DNA from: Candidatus Marinacidobacterales bacterium
GTDB taxonomy: Bacteria; Acidobacteriota; Vicinamibacteria; Marinacidobacterales; SMYC01
NCBI GenBank assembly: GCA_965237955.1
Contig: OZ250169.1
Span: 6,240,001 to 6,304,000, forward strand
Direction of reading: 5' to 3'
DNA: 64,000 nt
A program made the translations under genes and the position numbers. Under the pieces are notes generated by a model. That model had not been told where the DNA came from. It searched no databases and saw nothing but the letters and a program-made list of their open reading frames with translations. This document shows positions 1 to 10,030 of this stretch, in pieces (the first letter of the stretch is position 1; each line of letters starts with the position of its first letter).

Positions 1-2
1 TT

Positions 3-746
3 CTCTTTCAACGTTTTGGCTGGGTGCCTCTGGTCGCCGCCGGCGCCATACTCTTCTACGCCGCCCGGGACCTTCCGTCGATGGGTGATCCGGGCGCGCC
101 CGCCGCATTGCACATCTCGCCGCGCTACATCGAAAAGGCCCAAGAAGAAACCGGGGCTCCCAACATGGTGACGGCAGTGCTCGCCGACTATCGAAGCTAC
201 GACACGCTCGGCGAGGTGGTCGTGATCTTCACCGCCGGCCTCGCCTGTCTCCTCGTTCTCGGGGCATTTACACGCACGGGCGCAGGCTCGGGGGAGAGCG
301 ACGAGGGCGAAATGGCGTACTCCTTCGGAAGCGACGTGCTCGACGCCACCATTCGAATGCTCACCCCGTTCATCGTGTTATTCGCAACCTATGTCGTCGT
401 TCACGGCCACACCAGCCCCGGCGGCGGTTTTCAAGGTGGAGCGATCCTCGCCGTGGCGGTTATGCTCGTTCGCCTCGTTCGTGGCGGTGCACCAGGGCTC
501 AAGCTTAGCTCGACTGCGACGCTCGCGGTCGCGAGCATCGGCGTTTTCGTGTACTTCGGAACCGGCCTCTTGAGCTTGTTCTTCGGGCGCAACTTCCTCG
601 ACTACTCGGCGCTTCCTTTTCCCTACGAAGGCGGACACCTGCGAGAGCTCGGCTCGCTCAGCATCGAGGTCGGCGTTTTCATCGCTGTCACCGCCATCCT
701 GGTGCTGATTTTCGACGTTCTCACCACGGGTGCCGAGGATCCGTGA
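3..746 (+). CDS. mrpB: Mrp/Mnh Na+/H+ antiporter subunit B (MbhE-MnhB fusion type), 5' truncated by window edge
   Basis: Frame is open from base 3; motifs NMVTAVLADYRSYDTLGE and GHTSPGGGFQGG; hydrophobic; overlaps the mrpC start. Confidence 0.85.
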   Translation, partial: LFQRFGWVPLVAAGAILFYAARDLPSMGDPGAPAALHISPRYIEKAQEETGAPNMVTAVLADYRSYDTLGEVVVIFTAGLACLLVLGAFTRTGAGSGESDEGEMAYSFGSDVLDATIRMLTPFIVLFATYVVVHGHTSPGGGFQGGAILAVAVMLVRLVRGGAPGLKLSSTATLAVASIGVFVYFGTGLLSLFFGRNFLDYSALPFPYEGGHLRELGSLSIEVGVFIAVTAILVLIFDVLTTGAEDP

Positions 747-1114
747 TGTTGGACGTTTCGCTCAGCGCACTCAACTATTGGCTGGCGGCGCTGCTGTTCC
801 TCATCGGATTGTACGGCATTCTTGCCCGGGCCCACCTGGTGAGAAAGCTGATGGCGATGAATATCCTTCAGGTCGCGGTCATCGTCTTTTTCATTGTCCT
901 CGCCTACAAGACAGACGCGACGCCGCCGATCGCGCGCTACGGAGACACCGAGCCGTCCGCGCGTGAATACATCAACCCTCTTCCCCACACGTTGATGCTG
1001 ACCGCCATCGTCGTCAGCGTGAGCACTACCGGGGTCGCGCTCGCGCTGCTCATTCGGATCCATCGCCGGTTCGGAACTCTGGACGAGACAGAGCTTCTCG
1101 AGAAGCTGAAGTGA
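743..1114 (+). CDS. mrpC: Mrp antiporter subunit C
   Basis: 123 aa, 3 TM, NPLPHTLMLTAIVV motif. Confidence 0.9.
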   Translation: MMLDVSLSALNYWLAALLFLIGLYGILARAHLVRKLMAMNILQVAVIVFFIVLAYKTDATPPIARYGDTEPSAREYINPLPHTLMLTAIVVSVSTTGVALALLIRIHRRFGTLDETELLEKLK

Positions 1115-2580
1115 GCCAATTAAGCTTGACGCACGCGCCGATCCTGATCCTGCTCGTCCCCTTGGCGACGGCGCTCTTCATTCCTTTGCTAGCACTGTGG
1201 GACGGGCGCGGCGCACGCACGCTCACCCTCCTCGCGATACTCGCTTCTGTCGTCTTCTCTGCGACTTGCTTGTGGCAAAGCCTTCAATCGGGTCCGATTC
1301 ACTATCATCTCGCGGGATGGGCACCGCCTTCGGGTATCGAGCTCGTCCTCGACCCGTTGAGTGGATTCATGGCAACGCTGGTTTCCGGGATGGGCTTGTT
1401 CGCGGCTTTCTACAGCGGTCCTTACCTCACCGGCTGGACCGCTCGTCGCGTCGGCACGTTCTACAGCGTTTACTGCTTGCTCGTCGTCGGGCTCCAGGGA
1501 ATCGTCATCACCGGCGATTTGTTCAACCTCTACGTGTTTCTCGAGATCTCGTCTCTCGCGGCTTACGCGCTGCTCTCCCAAGGTGGCAGCCGAGCCATCG
1601 TCGCCGTTTTCCGATACCTGCTCATCGGAACCATCGCTGCGAGCTTTTATTTGATCGGCGTGGGCTACCTCTACGCGATGACGGGAACACTCAACATGGC
1701 GGACATGGCATCACGCTTGCCAGACGCGGTCGATTCACCCGTCCTCGTCGTCGCCGCTTCGTTCATCGTGATCGGGCTCGCCATCAAGGCGGCGCTCTTT
1801 CCGCTCCATGGATGGTTGCCCGACGCCTACACCTACGCTCCAGGACCGGTCATCGGCTTCATCGCAGCGGTGATGACCAAGGTCAGCGCGTACGCGCTCT
1901 ATCGCATTCTTTATTTCGTCTTCGATGCGGCAGGAGGGCCGAGGGAGCCGATCGTCGCTCTCGGCTGGGCCGCGGTCATCGCGGTCGTCGCCGGCTCGCT
2001 CATGGCGCTCGCCCAGAAAGACGTCCAGCGGATGCTCGCGTATTCCAGCATCGGCCAAATGGGATACATCATGCTGGGGATTGCCATCGGCACTCCCATC
2101 GCACTCGCCGGCGCGCTTCTACACGTCGTCAACCACGCGGTGATGAAAGGGTGCCTGTTCATGGCTGTGAACGGCGTCCAGTGGAAGCTCGGTGTGTCTC
2201 GAGTGAAGGACTTCACCGGCATGGGCGCACGGCTCCCGCTGACCATGGCAGCGTTTACCGTGGCCGCGCTTTCCATGATCGGGCTACCTCCGACCGCGGG
2301 GTTCTTCAGTAAGTACTACCTCGCGCTCGCCGCGATCGAATCGGGGCAATGGGCGTTTCTCGTCGCTCTCGTCATCTCGAGCCTTTTGGGCGCAGTGTAT
2401 TTCTTCCGAATCATCGAGAGAGCGTATTTGATGGAGCGCGAACAATCCGCGGGGGAGACCCGTGAGCTTCCGGCGGCTATGCTGGCTCCTATCCTCGCAC
2501 TCGCCGTTTTGGTGTTGCTCCTGGGTGTGTTCAATCAAACGATCGTGAGCGGAATCGTTCTTCCCGGGCTTCCGTCTTGA
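1111..2580 (+). CDS. mrpD: Mrp antiporter subunit D family (proton-conducting membrane transporter)
   Basis: TGDLFNLYVFLEI, KAALFPLHGWLPDAY and LAYSSIGQMGYI motifs; GTGA coupling. Confidence 0.9.
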   Translation: MSQLSLTHAPILILLVPLATALFIPLLALWDGRGARTLTLLAILASVVFSATCLWQSLQSGPIHYHLAGWAPPSGIELVLDPLSGFMATLVSGMGLFAAFYSGPYLTGWTARRVGTFYSVYCLLVVGLQGIVITGDLFNLYVFLEISSLAAYALLSQGGSRAIVAVFRYLLIGTIAASFYLIGVGYLYAMTGTLNMADMASRLPDAVDSPVLVVAASFIVIGLAIKAALFPLHGWLPDAYTYAPGPVIGFIAAVMTKVSAYALYRILYFVFDAAGGPREPIVALGWAAVIAVVAGSLMALAQKDVQRMLAYSSIGQMGYIMLGIAIGTPIALAGALLHVVNHAVMKGCLFMAVNGVQWKLGVSRVKDFTGMGARLPLTMAAFTVAALSMIGLPPTAGFFSKYYLALAAIESGQWAFLVALVISSLLGAVYFFRIIERAYLMEREQSAGETRELPAAMLAPILALAVLVLLLGVFNQTIVSGIVLPGLPS

Positions 2581-4097
2581 ACGACATCGGCACTATCCTT
2601 AGTGATCGGCCCCTCATGGCCGTGCTCGTCTCCCTCGTCGCCGCTTTGGCCATTGTTGTCTCGCGCAACCACCCCAACTTGCGAGAGTCGTGGACCATCC
2701 TCGCCGCGTTTGCGAAATTCGCGTTGATTGTTTCGATGCTCCCCCGCGTTCTCGACGGCGGCGTCTTCGAAAGCCGGCCACTCGAGCTCGTGCCCGGGTG
2801 GTCGCTTCACCTGCGAACCGACGCGTTCGGCATGGTGTTTGCCCTCCTGGCGTCGAGCCTCTGGATCTTGACTTCGTTCTACTCGGTAGGCTACATGCGA
2901 GCCGGACGCTACCAGCATCAGACCCTGTATTTCGCCAGCTTTGCGATCTGCGTTTCGAGCGCCGTGGGGATTGCGTTCGCCGCGAACCTGGCGACGTTTT
3001 TCGTTTTCTACGAAATCTTGACCATCGCGACCTACCCGCTCGTCGTTCACCGGCGCACGCCGGAGGCTATCGCCGGCGGCCGAAAGTATCTCGCCTACAC
3101 GCTTCTCGCCGGCCAGGCGCTGCTGATAGCGGTTTTGTGGACGTCGAACCTCGCCCCGGGCGCCTCGTTTCAGCCCGGCGGGTTCCTCGCCGGGAATGCA
3201 TCGCCCATGGTAGTCAGAGTGTTGTTCGCGCTCTTCATCGTCGGTGTCGGCGTCAAGGCTGCGATCGTGCCGCTTCACGGATGGCTTCCGGCGGCGATGG
3301 TCGCGCCCACGCCGGTGAGTGCTCTGCTTCACGCGGTCGCGGTGGTGAAAGCGGGCACGTTCGGAGTTCTCCGGATCGTTGGGTTCGTCTTCGGAGTGGA
3401 CCTGTTGCGCGAGCTCGGACTCGATCTCGTGCTCGCGTTCGCGGCGGGGACCACCATTATCTTGGCCTCGATCCGCGCGCTCGGCGAAGACCACTTGAAG
3501 CGGCGACTGGCGTATTCCACCGTGAGCCAGCTCTCGTATATCGTCTTAGGCGCGGCTCTCGGTTCGCTCCACGCTCTCATCGGCGCGATCTTCCACATCG
3601 CCGCGCACGGGTTCATGAAAATCACGCTCTTCTTTTGCGCGGGCTCGATCTACACCGCCACCCACAAGGAGTACATCAAAAACCTCGCGGGGCTCGGCCG
3701 CACGATGCCGGTCACGTTCGGCGCGTTCACCCTCGGAGCGCTTGGTCTCGCCGGGATGCCGCTGTTTGCCGGCTTCATCAGCAAATGGAACCTAGGACTC
3801 GGTGCGCTGGAAGCGATGCATCCGATCTACGTCTTTGTACTCGTGCTTAGCGGGCTTTTGAACTTCGCCTACTTTTTCCCGATCGTGTACACCGGTTTTT
3901 TCGGTGGGGAGAAGGGCGCGTATGGTTTTCACGAGCCGAGAGCGCTCATTTGGGTTCCCCTTGCCGCCACCGCGGTGATTTCCATCGTGCTCGGCATCCT
4001 CCCCGACTACGGGCTCAATCTCTACGAGCTCGCGCGGCGCGCGGCCGAAAGTATCGTCGCGCCGGGACCGGTGATGATGGCGGGGGGTGGGTCGTGA
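2577..4097 (+). CDS. Second MrpD/MrpA-like antiporter subunit
   Basis: KAAIVPLHGWLPAAMVAPTPVSALLHAVAVVKAG; RRLAYSTVSQLSY. Confidence 0.88.
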   Translation: MNDIGTILSDRPLMAVLVSLVAALAIVVSRNHPNLRESWTILAAFAKFALIVSMLPRVLDGGVFESRPLELVPGWSLHLRTDAFGMVFALLASSLWILTSFYSVGYMRAGRYQHQTLYFASFAICVSSAVGIAFAANLATFFVFYEILTIATYPLVVHRRTPEAIAGGRKYLAYTLLAGQALLIAVLWTSNLAPGASFQPGGFLAGNASPMVVRVLFALFIVGVGVKAAIVPLHGWLPAAMVAPTPVSALLHAVAVVKAGTFGVLRIVGFVFGVDLLRELGLDLVLAFAAGTTIILASIRALGEDHLKRRLAYSTVSQLSYIVLGAALGSLHALIGAIFHIAAHGFMKITLFFCAGSIYTATHKEYIKNLAGLGRTMPVTFGAFTLGALGLAGMPLFAGFISKWNLGLGALEAMHPIYVFVLVLSGLLNFAYFFPIVYTGFFGGEKGAYGFHEPRALIWVPLAATAVISIVLGILPDYGLNLYELARRAAESIVAPGPVMMAGGGS

Positions 4098-4315
4098 AAC
4101 GGGTTTGGGTGGTGACGGCGATTTTCGTGGTGGTGGCGGCCACGCTCGATATCGCCCTTCGTCGCGACGCTCATGCCGAGTTCTGGTGGCATACGGTGCC
4201 GGCCTTCGATCTCGTTTACGGCTTTTGGGGTTGCGGCGCTATCGTGTTCTTCTCCAAGTGGCTCGGCCACAAGTTCCTCATGCGGAGCGAGGACTACCAC
4301 GAGCAGGAACGATGA
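4094..4315 (+). CDS. Small 2-TM Mrp-associated membrane protein (73 aa)
   Basis: GTGA overlap upstream and ATGA overlap downstream; MKRVWVVTAIF...LMRSEDYHEQER. Confidence 0.75.
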   Translation: MKRVWVVTAIFVVVAATLDIALRRDAHAEFWWHTVPAFDLVYGFWGCGAIVFFSKWLGHKFLMRSEDYHEQER

Positions 4316-6033
4316 TCAGTCCGAGTGTGGTCCTCTTCGTCACCGCGGCAACTGTCGCTCTCGTCCGCGGTGCCGCGCAGAAGATTGTTCTCGTCGTCGG
4401 CTGTCTCGCCGCGCTGGCGTCATGGGAGCTTCTCGACTTCAATTCGCAGTGGAACGTTCACATCGGAGAATACACGTTGGTGCTGTTGCGAGTGGACCCC
4501 TTGAGCCTGGTGTTCGGGCTCATCTTCACTCTCGTCACCTTCGTTGGGATTATCTACGCGCTTCACAACCACCACGGTCTCGACCATGCCTCGACACTCG
4601 TTTATGCCGGAGCCTCCGTCGGCGTCATCTTCGCCGGCGATTGGATGAGCCTGTTCGTGTTCTGGGAGCTCATGGCAGTCTCGTCTTTGTTCGTCATCTG
4701 GCAGGGCAGAACCGAGCGCGCGGCGCGGGCGGGCTACCGCTACATTCTCGTTCACATCTTCGGCGGGTCGCTCTTGTTCGCAGGCATCCTCATGCATCTT
4801 GCGGGCGGCGGTGGATACGAAGTTACCGCTCTCACCGAAAGCGGCACCGGAGAGCTCGCGTTTTGGCTGATCTTGTTGGGCGTTGCCGTGAACGCCGCCA
4901 TCCCCCCACTCCACGCGTGGCTCACGGATTCTTACCCCGAAGCATCGGTGACCGGAAGTGTTTTTCTCAGTGCGTTCACCACCAAAACCGCGGTGTACGT
5001 TCTCATCCGCGTCTTTCCCGGCACCGAAGTCCTCGTCTATGTGGGCGTCACCATGGCGCTCTACGGCGTCGTCCTCGCCGTGATCGAGAACGACATTCGC
5101 CGGCTTCTCGCCTATCACATCGTCTCTCAGGTGGGCTACATGGTCGCCGGTGTCGGTTTGGGAACTCCGCTGTCGCTGGACGGGGCGGCCGCGCACGCGT
5201 ATAGCCACATTCTCTACAAATCTCTGCTCTTCATGGGTACGGGCGCGGTGTTGTATGCGACCGGATTACGTAAGCTGACCGAGCTCGGTGGCATCGCCAA
5301 CCGGATGAAGCTCGTGGTCCTTCTGTACATGGTGGGGGCGTTCTCGATCTCGGGATTCCCTCTTTTCAATGGATTCATCAGCAAGTCGATGATCGTGTCA
5401 GCAGCGGTCGCACTCGATCGCCCCGGCGTCGAGCTACTCCTCAACATCGCGGGTATCGGAACGTTTCTGCATACGGGACTGAAGCTTCCCTACTTCACTT
5501 TCTTCGGGCCCAACAAAGCGCTCGAGGTCCGGCCGCTTCCGATGAACATGCTCGTCGCCATGGGCGTCGGCGCGTTGCTCTGCATCGTCTACGGGATGGT
5601 CCCCTCACTGCTCTATGGTCTTCTGCCCTACAGTGCGGAATACCATCCATACACGCTCGACCACGTGGTCGCTGCTACCGAGCTCTTGATTGGTACCGGT
5701 CTCGCCTTCTGGCTACTGCGCGACAAGCTCGGCGGCGAGCCCACAATCAGCCTCGACACCGACTGGTTCTATCGACGGCCACTCGCCGCCATGACCGAGC
5801 GGGTCATCGATGGCGTGCGCGCATTGGGAGAAGGGGTTTCGGCGCTCCGAGCCACGATGGTCGAAGAAGTCTGGAAATTCACGCAGCAGCCGATGTCGGC
5901 TCTCGACGTAGGACAGGATCCGCACTCCGAGGACTACGACCCGTACCGTTTCCGCCGCCCGATTGGCGCCACCGTTTTTTGGGTCGTAGTGTACTTCGTC
6001 CTCGTCGCCCTCGTCACACTGTGGATGCTGTGA
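4312..6033 (+). CDS. Third MrpD-like Na+/H+ antiporter subunit
   Basis: Start re-set to ATG 4312 (MISPSVVLF); PPLHAWLTDSYPEAS, RRLLAYHIVSQVGYMV. Confidence 0.85.
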   Translation: MISPSVVLFVTAATVALVRGAAQKIVLVVGCLAALASWELLDFNSQWNVHIGEYTLVLLRVDPLSLVFGLIFTLVTFVGIIYALHNHHGLDHASTLVYAGASVGVIFAGDWMSLFVFWELMAVSSLFVIWQGRTERAARAGYRYILVHIFGGSLLFAGILMHLAGGGGYEVTALTESGTGELAFWLILLGVAVNAAIPPLHAWLTDSYPEASVTGSVFLSAFTTKTAVYVLIRVFPGTEVLVYVGVTMALYGVVLAVIENDIRRLLAYHIVSQVGYMVAGVGLGTPLSLDGAAAHAYSHILYKSLLFMGTGAVLYATGLRKLTELGGIANRMKLVVLLYMVGAFSISGFPLFNGFISKSMIVSAAVALDRPGVELLLNIAGIGTFLHTGLKLPYFTFFGPNKALEVRPLPMNMLVAMGVGALLCIVYGMVPSLLYGLLPYSAEYHPYTLDHVVAATELLIGTGLAFWLLRDKLGGEPTISLDTDWFYRRPLAAMTERVIDGVRALGEGVSALRATMVEEVWKFTQQPMSALDVGQDPHSEDYDPYRFRRPIGATVFWVVVYFVLVALVTLWML

Positions 6034-6051
6034 TCGGAAATCGAAAGTCCA

Positions 6052-8662
6052 TCAATCGGCGGTGACTTCTGTCCCGTCCAGGTCGGGAAATTCGTAGTCC
6101 GGGTCGATCGCCTGCGCTTTCTCGAGTAGCGAGCTCGCACGAGTCGTCAGGCCCTCGCTTTCGTAGATGGCTCCGAGCATACCGAGGAACTCGACGTTGT
6201 TCGGCTCGAGCTCGGTTGCTTTCAGAAAGTTGTCGGCCGCCTCTTTGCGCCATTTCTTGTTCTGCAGGAGGGCGCGGCCGAGAAGTCCGTAGAACTCGGC
6301 GACCTGCTCGTCGACCTCGACGGCCCGTCGTCCGAGCTGGATCGCGTCCCAGTAGTCCGCTCGATCGTACGCGATCAACGCGCGATCGTACAGCTCGCGC
6401 GCATGGCGGCGTTTGTCAAAGGGCGCCGGGTCTCCACCATTCGACGACGCTGCCTGGTCGTTTGTCGGCGAAGACGCCCCGTTTTCTCGTTTTTTTTTCG
6501 CGGCAACGCTCTTCTCGAAATCGGTGACCGCTTCCGATGCTGAGGCACAGAGGTCCGAGAGCTTTTCTCGAAAGTCTTTGGCGGCGTTTGGGAACTTATC
6601 GGGATGGAACTTGGCGACGATCTTCAGATAGGCGCTCTTGCGTTTCCCTTCGGTCGCATCGGTCGAAAGCCCCAACAGAGCGGGATAGTCCTCGCTCTCG
6701 GCAAGCGCCAGCAGCCGATCGACTTCGGAGACGGTAGCCGCATCGGGTCCTTGGGGCGGCTTGGGCTTCGGCTTGGGCGGTGGCGGCGGCGGCTCGGGCA
6801 CGCGCGCGACCGGTTCCCTGGTGACGCCGCCGAGGCGGATCAGCCCTTTGCCCAGCAAGTCCATAAGCGCGCGAGCGGTGTCCGCATCCGCCATCGGGCT
6901 CACCGAGATGATGTCGTTCGGTCTGGAAGCACCGTCGATTCGCGACAGGAGGAAGCCCTCTTCGGGTGAGATCTGGACACCTTGGAGATCTCCAGAGAGA
7001 GTCGGAGACAAGTGAAGCACCTGCGATTCGTCCTTCAACGACTGGATTTCCTCGGCAGACGCAGCCGGTTTCTCCGGCTCGGTTTCAGCATCCTCGGGTT
7101 CTTCGGTTTTCGCCTCGGCCTCGGGCTCCTCGGACTTGGTTGCGGCCTCTGGTTCGTCGGCTTTCGCTTCCGTCTCCGACTCGTCAGACTCGGCCTCTGA
7201 CGCGGGTCGTTCCTCAGTGGCCTCATCAGCCTTGGCCTCGGCTTCAGGTTCGCCGGCGTTCTCTTCCGCTTCTGACTCGTGGGGCTCGTCTTCGACCGGA
7301 GCTTCGTCTGTCTTGGCTTCGGCCAGCGCCGGTTCCGCTTTCGCTTCGGCCTCCGACGCGTCAGACTTCGCGCTCGCCGCGGACTCTTCCTTCGCTACCT
7401 CATCGGGCTTCGCTTCAGAGTGGGCTTCAGGCTCAGCTGGGGTGGCGTCCTCCGAGGTCTCCTCGGATTTCTCTTCCTCCGGCGAAACTTCGGACTTCGC
7501 TTCGGCCGCGTTGTCTTCGCCCGTCGGAGACTCCTCCGGCTTTGCTTCCGCTGTCGGCACTTCTTTCGACTCCTCCGATACCGCTGTCGAGGACGATTCC
7601 TTTGCCTTCACTTCCTCGGGCGGGTCATCGGATTTGGCAGATTCAACGTCAGACGACGAGTCCGCTTTCGCTTCATCGGTGTCTACTGACTTGGCTTCTG
7701 GCTGGCTGGCCCCGGCGGCGACATCTGCAGCCTCAACGGCATCCTTCGAGATTGCGTCGAGCGCCGCCATCATCTCCTCACCGGACGCGTACCGCTTCTC
7801 CCGTTCTTTCTCCAACGAATGATGGAGAATCGGCTTCAACTCCGTCGGCAGGCCGAGCGTTCTCCAGTTCAACGGAAAAACGGGCTCGTCATTGATGATG
7901 CTCAGCAGCACACCGGTCAGACTCGGGCTTCGGAACGGCTTCTCGCCGACCGCCGCCTCGAACAGGATGCATCCCAGTGAAAACAGGGTCCGAGCGCGCG
8001 TCAACGTCTTCGCCTTTAGCTTGCTCGGGCGACATATAGTCCGGAGCACCGAGCACGCCTCCCGCCATCGTCAGGTTCGTGGACAGCTCTGATTTAGCAA
8101 TCCCAAAGTCCGTCACCCAGACATACATCGCGGGTGACACGAGGATATTGGCGGGCTTGACGTCGCGATGGACGACGTTGCGCCCATGTGCGTAGTCGAG
8201 GGCGCTCGATAGCTGCGACAGAATATTGATAGCGGTCGAGAGCGGAAGTCGCCCTTCTGACTCGATCAGCGATTCCAACGTGCGCCCCTCGATGAACTCC
8301 ATGATGATGTAGCCCCGGTTCGGAGTGGCGACGATGTCGTGGATAGTCACGATGTTGGGGTGTTGGAGTCGCGCCGCGATGCGGGCTTCGCGAACGAAAC
8401 GCTCCCGGAGCTCGTCCGGTCCCTGGTCGGCCAACGGCGTGTCCAGCCGTACGCACTTCACCGCCACGGGTCGGTCCAAGACCGTATCGAGAGCTTTGTA
8501 AACTGCTCCGATCGCGCTCGTCGAGAGACGGTCTACGATGTGGTAGCGCCCGCCTGGAATCTGATCCGAATATTCACCTTGCTCGGCATGTCCGGAGTTC
8601 TCGGCCTCGGTCGCTTGCTCGAAAGCGGACGAGGCCTGTGGGGTGTCTTCCTGTACGTCCAT
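6052..8662 (-). CDS. Ser/Thr kinase + acidic disordered linker + winged-helix-like segment + J-domain + TPR, split by a 1-nt insertion at ~7986-7988
   Basis: VAVK, HRDVKPAN, DFG and YMSPE in the 7889..8821 frame; removing one C from GACCCTG restores DARSDLFSLGCILFE and joins the 6052..8049 frame, which has FHPDKF and TPRs. Confidence 0.8.
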
Positions 8663-8674
8663 GCCCTTCGACAG

Positions 8675-8689
8675 GCAAGAAACGTGCCG
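8675..8689 (-). promoter_or_regulatory. sigma54 (-24/-12) promoter of the kinase gene
   Basis: Minus strand CGGCACGTTTCTTGC with exact GG-N10-GC spacing; predicted +1 is about 1 nt before ATG 8662. Confidence 0.65.
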
Positions 8690-8820
8690 AACGGACGCCA
8701 TGCAGGCAGGTGAGGAACACGTTCCGAATGAACCACTTGCAGCTTTACGGGCAGCGCGCCCCGGGGCAAAGCGAAGGTACGTCACCCGCTGGGGATTTCC
8801 CCACAGCGCGATACGGTTCA

Positions 8821-8908
8821 CATCAGCCTTCAGCTTCCAGTCACCAGCTGCCGGCTGCCGTCAGCTGTGCGCGGAAGAAGGACCGAGCTGAAAGCAGCTG
8901 GAAGCTGG
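8821..8908. repeat. Degenerate heptamer (CAGCTKC-like) arrays forming an inverted repeat
   Basis: catcagc cttcagc ttccagt caccagc tgccggc ... gagctgaaagcagctggaagctgg. Confidence 0.55.
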
Positions 8909-8924
8909 TTTGGCCCGAATGCCT

Positions 8925-9974
8925 CTAATTCCCCAGCTCCTCCTCGATGATCGACTTGAACGCATCGAACGGCTGCGCGCCGGACAGGAACCGACCGTTG
9001 ATGAAAAAGGCCGGAGTTGCGTTCACACCGAGCTTGTTCCCTCCGGTGTAGTCGTCTTGAACGACCTTTCGGAACTCACCGGAGTCGAAGCACTGGTTGA
9101 ACGAGGTGGTATCGAGACCCAAGTCGGCTGCGAACTGCTTCAAGTTCGACTCCGCGAGCGATCGCTGGTTCTCGAAAATCTTGTCGTGGTATTCCCAGAA
9201 CTTTCCTTGCTCGTGAGCGCACAGCGCAGCCTCGGCGGCCGGTGCTGCCTGCGGATGATTGGGGAGCGGATAGTCGCGATAGACCAGCCGAACTTTGTCA
9301 CCGTAGGTGGCTTCGACTTGCTGAAGGGTCGGACCGACCCTTGCGCAGAAGGGTCACTGAAAATCCGAATACTCGACGATGGTGATCTCGGCGTCCTCCG
9401 GTCCTCGAATGCGCTCGTTGCTCACCACAACGATGGGCACCCGCGGCGCCTCGAGAGCGATCGCGACGTTGGCGCCGGCACGCAGCCCGTCGATGAACGC
9501 TTGCCGCGCAGCATGCTCGTTGCGGGTTACCATGAACTCGCGAATTTGACCACTCATCTGCTCGAGCGTCTGGCCCCCGAAGCGAGCGCGATTCTGCTCG
9601 TAAAACGCTTGCACGGCGGCTTCGGCAACCGGCGGGACCTGCGCCGCGATTTCCTGGGCAACGAGCTCGTCCTGGGTGATCCCGCGAGCGGCTGCTTCCT
9701 CACTCAAGAGCAGTTCGGCAACGAGCCCGCCGAGCACCTCACGGCGGGCGTTGTAGAGCTCTTGGAACACCTTCATGTTCGTTTCGAGCAGTTTTTGGTC
9801 TACGTCCCCGAGGGTGATGGTGCTCTCGCCGATGGTGGCGACCACGGTTTCATCGGACGGCGGGTTGCCTTTGGCCTGAGCTTGTTGGGATTGTGACCCC
9901 GTGCCACAAGCAACGGCGAGCAGAAGTAAGCCGAGAGCGACGATTGCCCCATGGCGGCGGAAATTCAACTCCAT
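8925..9974 (-). CDS. DsbA/thioredoxin-fold lipoprotein, predicted selenoprotein (UxxC; Sec codon 9354-9356), 349 aa
   Basis: ORF 9354..9974 ends EYSDFQ-TGA; the same frame continues PFCARVGPTL...RDYPLPNHPQA...ATPAFFING to 8925; lipobox LAVAC. Confidence 0.88.
9319..9347 (-). promoter_or_regulatory. Bacterial SECIS-like stem-loop just 3' of the in-frame UGA
   Basis: UGC-GC-AAGGGUCG-GUC-CGACCCUU-CA-GCA; perfect 8-bp upper stem; the loop starts with GU, 19 nt after the UGA. Confidence 0.78.
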
Positions 9975-10030
9975 TGGTCAGTCCCCTTCCACAACATCTC
10001 AGACTAGCACAACTTCGCCGTGGATCTGGT

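Noticed and set aside
4087-4311. N-terminal extensions in the ORF track (third MrpD; also leuS, hfq, gnnA-like, cdd, yqeC)
   Set aside because: They come from longest-ORF calling; better starts with an RBS or coupling lie downstream.
7980-7995. Programmed frameshift in the kinase gene
   Set aside because: The break is inside the catalytic domain, at a short homopolymer with no slippery heptamer; an indel error is simpler.
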